Source of the DNA: Candidatus Heimdallarchaeota archaeon
Lineage (GTDB): Archaea > Asgardarchaeota > Heimdallarchaeia > Hodarchaeales > Hodarchaeaceae
Length of the DNA: 26,810 nt
Direction of reading: 5' to 3'
Assembly: GCA_019057635.1 (NCBI GenBank)
Contig: DXJL01000057.1
Location: 1 to 26,810 of the forward strand
The translations under genes and the position numbers were made by a program. The notes under the pieces were generated by a model. That model saw nothing but the letters and a program-made list of their open reading frames with translations. It did no database searches and had not been told where the DNA came from. How positions within the stretch are numbered: position 1 is the first letter of the stretch; the number at the start of each line of letters is the position of its first letter. Shown one piece after another: positions 18,298-26,400 of the stretch.

Positions 18298-18468
18298 TAC
18301 GGATACTGTCCGACATTAATCTCATTTTTGATTTGTAGTATATGTCATCAAAATTTAAGTCTTTATAACATCTGCGAATTCTGACAGTCTTATTTGAAGT
18401 AACCTCTGTATCTCTTGATGCGTTATAAGCACAAATGAAATCGTAGGTAGCTCTAAATTCTCATTAAT

Positions 18469-19548
18469 TTAACTCGCTAATTCATCAACTGTGGTTAAAT
18501 AGGCTTTCACTTCTTCTAATGTACGATCCCCCATGTGTGCAATACGAAAATTAGTTTCTTTGAATTTTCCATATCCTGTTGCAAAGAAATAGCCTTTTTT
18601 CATGAGATCTGCCTTGAGCTTTGCTACATCAATACCTTTACTATTTACACAGGTAACAGTATTTGAGGCAACCGCCTCCTCTGCAAATAGTGACAGTTTC
18701 TTATTTTTCACCCAATTTCGGGTATAATCTGCCATTTGTTGATGTCGTGTCCACCGATTTTCTATTCCTTCCTCATCAACGATCTGATGGAGCTTGTATT
18801 GAAGTTGATAGTAGATGGGAATAACAGGGGTTGCTGGTTGCATACCACGATCGTGATATTTCTTGAGATCTAGGAAGTCAAAATACAATCCTCGATTTGG
18901 AGTTTTTTTTGCCATCTCTAACGCAGCATCTGACACTGAGGCAACAGCTAGACCTGGAGAGAGGGCCATACATTTTTGAAGTCCAAATAGGTAAACATCA
19001 ATCTCCCAATCATCAATTCGGGCCTCTAATCCACCTGCTCCAGATACAGCATCGACCAGAAGAAGACAATTATTGTCTTTCACAGTTTTATATAAATCTT
19101 CAAGTGGTGTAGCAACGCCAGTTGATGTCTCATTTTGTGTTAAACAGACTGCATCATATGTATTATTTTCAAGCTTTTCTTGTAATTGTTTAGGTGTTAC
19201 CGCTTTTCCCCAGTCAATTTGTAGAATATCCGTTTTTTTTCCGTTTGCCGAACCGATTTTATTCCATCGTTCAGCAAAAGCCCCGTTTATCACATTTAGT
19301 ACTGGATTCTTATTTACACAATTCCGCATCGCTGCTTCCATTAATCCCGTTGATGAAGAAGTAGAGAGAATTATCTGGTTGGAAGTAAAGAGCATTTTCT
19401 GCAGGTAACTTGCGATATCATTATGTAATTCGCTCATGGTATTACTTCGATGAGCAATCATTGGATAAGTCATCATTTCACGACTATCCTTTGATACATT
19501 AACTGGTCCTGGAATAAACAAGTCTAGAAATTCTGTTTCTTGAATCAT
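18469..19548 (-). CDS. Class V PLP aminotransferase (alanine-glyoxylate/serine-pyruvate family)
   Basis: FIPGPV, IAHRS, QNETSTGV, VDAVS, GLQKCMALSPG (PLP Lys), GYG and FRIAHMG. Confidence 0.92.
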   Translation of the reverse strand: MIQETEFLDLFIPGPVNVSKDSREMMTYPMIAHRSNTMSELHNDIASYLQKMLFTSNQIILSTSSSTGLMEAAMRNCVNKNPVLNVINGAFAERWNKIGSANGKKTDILQIDWGKAVTPKQLQEKLENNTYDAVCLTQNETSTGVATPLEDLYKTVKDNNCLLLVDAVSGAGGLEARIDDWEIDVYLFGLQKCMALSPGLAVASVSDAALEMAKKTPNRGLYFDFLDLKKYHDRGMQPATPVIPIYYQLQYKLHQIVDEEGIENRWTRHQQMADYTRNWVKNKKLSLFAEEAVASNTVTCVNSKGIDVAKLKADLMKKGYFFATGYGKFKETNFRIAHMGDRTLEEVKAYLTTVDELAS

Positions 19549-19712
19549 TGATTGACACTTCCCGTATAGATAGCGAATAGCGAGTTTTAATCTAAGAGAA
19601 AAAAGGTTTGGGTGCGCATTTGATATCTTTACACGAATATTATAACATCTATTTTGAGATAATAGATTGAAACCAATATGTGATTTTTCTTGTTTTCACG
19701 TGGAGAAAATAG

Positions 19713-20738
19713 ATGAAAGAATATCTAAAATCGACTATTGAGGTAGAGTGGATAGCCCAAAAACTTCTACAAGATTTCAAGACCCAGGGGCCTCTTATTC
19801 ACATAGTAAGGGGCAATACCGAGAGGGACCTCTATGATGACATATTGGTTATTCAGGGATCTTTTGACCCCCCTCTCCTTTCTCATACTGAATTAATTAA
19901 ACAATCAATATCTTTATATCAAAAACAGTTACCTCATGCTAAGGTAGCCCTTATGGTTCTTCTTTCGCTGTCTCACGTGGAAAAAGAGACAGATTTGTTC
20001 GTCTATTCATTATTAGGCTTACGTGTTGAAATGATGGAAAATTTGTTATCCCACACAGATCTCAATATACCATGGATGATCGGAATCTCCAACAGTGGAC
20101 GATATATTGATCTTACAGTTGCCATTAAGCGTTTTTTTCAAAATTTAAGTAAAACCACTTATATTATGGGTATTGATGTATTTGACAAATTGTTCCAGGG
20201 AATCTATTATTCCAAACCACTCAGAGAAATTCTCCCTGAAATTTTTCAAACCGATTACATTGTTGCTGGGAGGGAAGATATTATAGATATTGACGATTTT
20301 TTGTTCTATATTAATTCTCTTCCATTTGATTCACAGAATGCGATAAAAGAGACCGATAATATAATTTTCTTACCTTTACAAGAGAAATTTCAATTTGAGA
20401 GCTCCACAAAGGTAAGAAAGCAATTATCACTGGATCAATCAATTAAAATCTCTTCTTTGAGCCCACAAACGTTACGATTCATTCATAAAAATCACCTTTA
20501 TTCAAAAAATCCTTCCATCATTGTAATGCAAATAATTATACAAATATTCGTAAGAATATTGCTTAAAGAAGGGGTAGATCGGAAAAAATGTTCAGATATT
20601 ATCCATAATTTCATTTCAAAAAGTGGGAATGATAAGAAAATTCAAACACGTATCCTCAGTGAATATCGCGTGAAAAATAATCAATTTTTGGAAAAGAGGT
20701 GTTACGAATTACTGAAGGAACATACCTTGACAAATTAA
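19713..20738 (+). CDS. Nicotinamide/nicotinate mononucleotide adenylyltransferase-like (Pof1/NadD-type) nucleotidyltransferase
   Basis: GSFDPPLLSH, LLSLSHVEK, RVEMM, YIMGIDVFDKLF...YY, VAGR and ESSTKVR, plus a C-terminal helical extension. Confidence 0.75.
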   Translation: MKEYLKSTIEVEWIAQKLLQDFKTQGPLIHIVRGNTERDLYDDILVIQGSFDPPLLSHTELIKQSISLYQKQLPHAKVALMVLLSLSHVEKETDLFVYSLLGLRVEMMENLLSHTDLNIPWMIGISNSGRYIDLTVAIKRFFQNLSKTTYIMGIDVFDKLFQGIYYSKPLREILPEIFQTDYIVAGREDIIDIDDFLFYINSLPFDSQNAIKETDNIIFLPLQEKFQFESSTKVRKQLSLDQSIKISSLSPQTLRFIHKNHLYSKNPSIIVMQIIIQIFVRILLKEGVDRKKCSDIIHNFISKSGNDKKIQTRILSEYRVKNNQFLEKRCYELLKEHTLTN

Positions 20739-21304
20739 GACACTCCCTAAAAGATTCAACCTCTGAATACGAATCGCTTGTTGGGGAAGGATATTCTTTG
20801 TTGCATCAGTATTCCCAAAGGTTTGTAATCCCTTTATTCATCAAAGCCAAAAAAACTATTTCAACTGTTGAACTGACCACGTGTGGGTTAGTAAGTGATC
20901 TTTTAACAGGTATAAGTGGAGCCTCTGACTATTTTATTCTTGGGATTACCCCTTACACCTCAGAAATGAAAATTAAACTTGGGCTTTCCCCTGATCTGCT
21001 AACCCATGATGGGCCAGGAACAGTATCACCTCAATCTGCTCATGCTCTTGCACAGAAAGTTCGTCAGTACTCAAAATCTGATATTGGCCTTGCTGAAACT
21101 GGAATGTTACCTACAAATTTTAAAAGTCGCCGAACACAAAAAAGAGCTGGAGAGGTTTTCTTGGCAATCGACACAATAACCAAAAATACCACTATTAAGT
21201 TGGAACTAAATATGGAACTTTCCCGTTTGTTGATGCGTCAGGAAATTGCTTGGAATGTATTACTAGCTCTCGAGGATTTTCTGAAGGCAATGGACTTGCC
21301 ATAA
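20699..21304 (+). CDS. CinA/PncC family protein, divergent active site
   Basis: TVELTTCGLVSDLLTGISGASDYF, PYTSEMK, GTVS, SDIGLAETG and GEVFLAI. The GTG start overlaps the upstream gene by 40 nt. Confidence 0.82.
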   Translation: MLRITEGTYLDKLRHSLKDSTSEYESLVGEGYSLLHQYSQRFVIPLFIKAKKTISTVELTTCGLVSDLLTGISGASDYFILGITPYTSEMKIKLGLSPDLLTHDGPGTVSPQSAHALAQKVRQYSKSDIGLAETGMLPTNFKSRRTQKRAGEVFLAIDTITKNTTIKLELNMELSRLLMRQEIAWNVLLALEDFLKAMDLP

Positions 21305-21321
21305 CGAAAGACTTTATAACA
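21305..21321 (+). promoter_or_regulatory. BRE-TATA promoter
   Basis: CGAAAGACTTTATAAC closely matches the archaeal BRE+TATA consensus, but no long ORF follows within 590 bp. Confidence 0.55.
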
Positions 21322-21423
21322 CAGAATTTTAGTTTTCATCTTGCATGAATTATCAATTTTAATGCATGAGACGATTTTTCCGTCTTGTTTATGAAAACCA
21401 AAACCCCGAGGTGAATTGGTGCA

Positions 21424-21501
21424 ATGTTAAGAAATACTATGATAATAAAAATCCGTTTAGTCAAATCTACTTGCACGCAAACCGCGGGTAACGTGAGTTA
21501 A
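21424..21501 (+). CDS. Candidate small protein / leader peptide (25 aa, MLRNTMIIKIRLVKSTCTQTAGNVS)
   Basis: Strong SD GAGGTGA at 21408-21414, upstream promoter, and downstream T-rich tract TCTTTCTTTTCT. Confidence 0.4.
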   Translation: MLRNTMIIKIRLVKSTCTQTAGNVS

Positions 21502-21604
21502 AGATCTAGTCTTTCTTTTCTCAAGGTTATTCAATTTGTTTGTGGTACTAGTTGAATTTTTCCTTGATTGAATAGATTTTTTCTGATTTTAAATCATGGA
21601 AAGT

Positions 21605-21622
21605 AGGTATCCTCGGATACCT
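21605..21622. promoter_or_regulatory. Perfect 8-bp inverted repeat, candidate operator
   Basis: AGGTATCC-TC-GGATACCT, directly followed by an AT-rich TATA-like stretch. Confidence 0.5.
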
Positions 21623-21661
21623 TAAGTTAATTGGTTAAATTTTGAACGTGGAGAATTCAAT

Positions 21662-21730
21662 ATGCAAAATTTGACAGATTTCAATGTAATTTCTTCTCTG
21701 ATAAGTGGATATACCGTCTTTGACTTATAG
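21662..21730 (+). CDS. Candidate small protein (22 aa, MQNLTDFNVISSLISGYTVFDL)
   Basis: Preceded by ACGTGGAGA, the same 9-mer found before the ATGs at 15503 and 19713. Confidence 0.3.
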   Translation: MQNLTDFNVISSLISGYTVFDL

Positions 21731-21912
21731 AGATGATTAGATAGAAATATTTTTAAATTCAGCTGAAAAAATGACGACTTGCTGTTTAAAAACAGAAATT
21801 TACGGTGAAAAATAAATTTGAAGGAAAATTTGCCTTTAAATAAACGTTTTCGAATAATCTTGTTTGCCATCATAGAATTTATGGGTTATTATATCACCAG
21901 GAGGTTTGTACT

Positions 21913-22872
21913 ATGAGCACAGATCACAATCAAAGAATTGGATTTGAAAGATATGGAAAAATTGCTCCAGGACGTGAGGAACGTCGTGAAAATCGGCAGT
22001 CTAAAGTAAGCCCTGCTGAAGTACGTATTGCTGATGCAATAACCCAGCTCCTTGAAACTCAAAAAGTAAAACAGGTCTACTCTGTAATAGGAGGGGGAAA
22101 AGAAGCGACAGTTTTATTGGCTGAGGATCCGAAAGGTGACCTTGTCTGTGCAAAAATATTTCGGTATTATACTAGTACCATCAAAAAACGACTTAGAGGA
22201 ACAATTCATCTTCTGCCTAGCGATATGGCTATGATTGCAGCGAAACAAGAGTACTGGAATTTACATGCAATGGCAAAATTCACCGCTGTACCAAAACCTC
22301 GTGGTTTGCTGCAAAATATTGTTCTAATGGACTTCATCCCCGAAAGTCCGTTTGCACCAATGACTCCAGCCCCACTAATCCGGGATGTAAATCTCTTATC
22401 TTTCAATCCAGAAGAAATCCTACATACGGCGATCGATATAATAGCTCAAATCTTTTTAGAAAGTCGGATGATCCATGGCGATTTTTCTGAACATAATCTT
22501 ATGATTCAAACACATTCTGGTAAACTCTATACAATGGACGTCTCTCAATCCGTAGAATATAACACTAAGACATTTATTAACACACCTGTGCGAATTCGTA
22601 TTGATAGAGCTGTCAAAATGCTTGAAACCGATATAATTAATGTTAATCAATTCTTTAAGAGAATATACAAGATAGGTATCGATCCTGAGGAGGTTAGAGA
22701 TGAGATTGTTTCGGAATTACCTTCTAATCTTAAGAAGTATCTTTCTGAAAAAACTCTGGACATTTATCCAGGTGAGTTAATTCCCTCTGAATCTTTTTTG
22801 GGTAAAGGCGAATATAGAAATAATCTAGTAGAGAAAAGAACACGAAAAGTCCGCCAAGCTCCCAAACGATAG
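21913..22872 (+). CDS. rio1: RIO1-family atypical Ser/Thr kinase
   Basis: GGKEATV, KIFR, EYWNL, VPKP, VLMDFI, IHGDFSEHNLM and MDVSQSV. GGAGGT SD. Confidence 0.88.
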   Translation: MSTDHNQRIGFERYGKIAPGREERRENRQSKVSPAEVRIADAITQLLETQKVKQVYSVIGGGKEATVLLAEDPKGDLVCAKIFRYYTSTIKKRLRGTIHLLPSDMAMIAAKQEYWNLHAMAKFTAVPKPRGLLQNIVLMDFIPESPFAPMTPAPLIRDVNLLSFNPEEILHTAIDIIAQIFLESRMIHGDFSEHNLMIQTHSGKLYTMDVSQSVEYNTKTFINTPVRIRIDRAVKMLETDIINVNQFFKRIYKIGIDPEEVRDEIVSELPSNLKKYLSEKTLDIYPGELIPSESFLGKGEYRNNLVEKRTRKVRQAPKR

Positions 22873-23024
22873 CGATATTCTAGTGGAAAATCTATTTGAG
22901 ACCCACACTGGTCAAAGCAATAAGCCTTATAAGAAAGGAAATCCTGATGAATAGGTAGAAAATTGCAACTACCAAATATTCACGAAATGGTTTCGAAGAA
23001 CATATAGTAGGACGTACTCTCAAT

Positions 23025-23249
23025 TTGAGCAATACTAATTTCCAAGAAATAGTTAAAAGATTAAAACGTTCAGTAGCGGATCAAAAACAGAAGAAGAGCG
23101 ATATTGCCGTTGAAGATCAACTGAAAGTCATCAGACAAGAGAGAGAAAGACAGATACAAACTGACCAAGAATATCAACGTAGAAAAGAGAATGCTGCGAA
23201 GCAGCTACATGAGGGAATGAAAGAACTAAGAGACAGAACTAGCCAATAA
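23025..23249 (+). CDS. Small charged coiled-coil hypothetical protein
   Basis: 74 aa, TTG start, K/R/E/Q-rich helical sequence, followed by oligo-T tracts. Confidence 0.6.
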   Translation: MSNTNFQEIVKRLKRSVADQKQKKSDIAVEDQLKVIRQERERQIQTDQEYQRRKENAAKQLHEGMKELRDRTSQ

Positions 23250-23253
23250 CGTC

Positions 23254-23278
23254 CCTTTTTGATCTTTTTTTATTTTTA
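23254..23278 (+). terminator. Oligo-T terminator
   Basis: CCTTTTTGATCTTTTTTTATTTTT after the stop. Confidence 0.55.
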
Positions 23279-23491
23279 GGTTTCCTGAGTATTTCCTCTC
23301 GATTTCTTTGGCTAGATCTAGGTGATCTCAGTTAAACACAAAGATATTTCTTGCAGATTTGATTATTTATTAATATTCATTTCAGATAATCTCTAGCAAG
23401 CGTTTTTACATAGCGATTCTCTGTACAGATATTTAGATGTATTACAGTCTAATAGGTCATAGGATACTACAAAGAAGTTGAGGACATTCCA

Positions 23492-26400
23492 TTGAATCTA
23501 GTAAAACATAAAACCTTTTATCTTGTAAGTAAAATAGTTTTAATTCTTTTAATAATACTCCCGATTCCGAAGATTGCTTTAGGAGGAGAAACGCTTCAAA
23601 AATCAAATGATAACTCAGTGATTATGTCTTCAAATATCGAGAGTACTTCTGTTTATTTATTTTCATACCATCCAGAAGAAAAAGAGCTTTTAAAAGAACA
23701 TTTTGAGCAGAATAGTGATTCCTCTCTAAAATTCTTTGAAAATTTACTTATTGGTATGGTTTCACTATCACGAAATGATCTTTCTATACTGAAAAATGAT
23801 TTTGGACAAATATTCTCTCGTATACAATCCTCAAAACTGATGACAGTTTTACCCTCATTAGAGGAACTAACCCCGAAGTATACTGAAGGTATACAACAGG
23901 ATTATGAACTCCCTAGTGATATTATTAATGCGTCTCCATTAACAATTTCTGGATATGATGGCTCGGGTGTAAAAATAGCTATCCTAGATTCGGGATTAGA
24001 TACTTCACACTCAGATTTTGTCAACGTCGGATATCAAGAATCATTTGTAACATCAGATTATGGATATTCTTCTGAAGAGGACATTTATGATCTACATGGG
24101 CATGGTACACATGTTGCGGGGATCGCAGCGGGTGGAGGGCGTTTCCCTGGAGTAGCTACCGGTTCTGAGTTAGTAAATCTCAAAGTGGCTGATATGTTTG
24201 GAAGTGCCTCCAGCTCTGCAGTAATTGCTGCTTTAGATAAGGCTGTTGAATTAAATGTTGATATTGTCTCAATTTCGTTAGGATTTGGACTTACTGCTCC
24301 TTGGGAGTCAGAGGATATTCTAGCTCTTGCAGTAAATTCTGTTGTGGGTCATGGCATCACTGTTGTAACAGCTGCAGGGAATGAAGCAGATGATTCTATT
24401 CCTTTCATGACAATTAATACACCTGCTTCCGCAAAAAAAGCGTTAACAATAGGTGCGACAAATGGGAGTCAAAATGTAGTCTCTTTCTCCAGTCAAGGGC
24501 CTACCTATGATTTTCGACCAGATCCAGATATTGTGGCTCCAGGATACCAAATCATTGGCCCTCTTGCATCAGGAGGGGTAATTGACTTGGCTTATAATGC
24601 ATTAGTGGATGTCTCTCTTTCTGATTATATTGTATTGTCAGGGACATCGATGGCAGCACCAGTTGTAAGTGGAGCCGTAGCATTGCTTTTGGATCAATTT
24701 CCAGATGCTTCTCCTTATGCCATACGTGCAGCCTTACAGGAATCAGCCTTAGATCTAGGGGGTAATGAATCTATTTACACCCAAGGAAGTGGACTGGTAA
24801 ATGTAGGTATGGCAGCTGACATGTTAATAAATTCGAAAATAAGTTCAGGCTACGAGCTAATTTCCACAGTACCAAAAGCAAACGGGAATGAAATAGAGTT
24901 TTTTCAACCAGTTTCATTTCCTGGTGATCACGTTGAAATTACTCTGCCCTTTGTAACTGGAACTGGTGGAACAATTACATGGGAAGTAAGTAATGATCTA
25001 ATTCCATTTATCGATTTTGATCTCTCTCCTAAGATTATATCTTCCGCCACTTATTTTGAAAAGGTTCTTGCGATCGATATTCCCTTTAATGCTCCCCCAG
25101 ACTCCTATCAAGGGTTTGTTCGTTATTCTTTTGAAGGTCAGACCTTTGATTTACCCATAGCATTTGAGGTACAATTACCTGATGAGAAAATTTATTGGGA
25201 TACGTACCATACTGGAAAAGATGATTCATATCTCTATAATTATCACTACTTGAATCAACTATTACAAAGTTCTCGATATGATATAATTGACCATGATTCC
25301 CCAATACTAAGCACAAATCTCTCACAAAATGGAATTTTAGTCCTAACTGATCTTGAAGATCCCCTTACTTATCGCGAAATTGAATTTATTAATGATTTTC
25401 ACAATAATAATGGATCAATTCTATTAGTGACATCTTTCCTTCCATATTACAATCTCGATCCATATGAAAAATTGATCAGCGCCTTGAATCTACCTCTCAA
25501 CCTTTCTGATAGAACAGAGCTAGTTGGGTACATCGATGATGGACAAGATAGATCCCCAGTACCATATTTTCGATCAAAAGATGATTTAGATATAAGTAGT
25601 GATAATCCGTTCTTAGTTGGAGTAGATAATCTTCCAAAATTGGGGGGAACTGCTTTTTACGGAAATAAAACTGACCAGTCACTAGCGCATTATGCTCAAG
25701 TCGACAACCAACTTGTACTGGCAGGTTTAGAGCCAGATGGTAAGGGAAAAGTGCTACTTTTAGGCAGTGAAGAGTGGATTTATCCATCTTATCTCCGAAG
25801 TACCTCAGGACAGATCTTTCTATCCAATGTTTTGGATTGGTTATCTCCAAATCATACCACATTCAATGTTCAAGTAGATCCAGATTCTTTGGCAATGGAG
25901 GTTGCCATTTATCCATCTTTAGTGCAGAATTTCTCACTTACAATCGAAGTTGAAAATGGATCACAAATCAATGATATTAATGTCCCATATGATGGTACAC
26001 TTACTTTTTCTTATCTTAACTTCTCATTAGAAGGTGTAGAAGGGACACATGTAAGAATAGGTCTTGTTGGAGACATTCCAGGAACGTTGAACGTCAATTT
26101 AACCGTTCTCCTCCCTACAACTCAAGTTCCAGTAATAGAGGAAATTGATGTGATGTCTTTATCTTTTTCTGATTTACCAATTCCCTCTTGGTGGGATGAA
26201 TCGGAAATACTTCTTAATAAAGGACTAGAGGTGACAGTGACGCACACCAGCTCTTTAAATATATCAGCTCAACTAATCGTGTCTAGTCAGTATGAGGATT
26301 CACTTGGTGTAATACTTCCACCTTTAGATTCCTTATTTTTTAGTAGCAGTTACACAAACGAAACGGATCTTACTAATAACACATTGACTACAAAATCGAC

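Noticed and set aside
21622-21873. 83-aa minus-strand ORF upstream of rio1
   Set aside because: F/K/L/I-rich composition typical of translated AT-rich non-coding DNA, and no SD.
12406-22650. ORFs 12406-12678, 14949-15152, 15388-15570, 18062-18319, 18897-19112, 19073-19408, 22206-22406 and 22456-22650
   Set aside because: Opposite-strand shadows or partial overlaps with no protein-like motifs.
25086-25862. Minus-strand ORFs 25086-25325 and 25497-25862
   Set aside because: Antisense to the long S8 protease frame.
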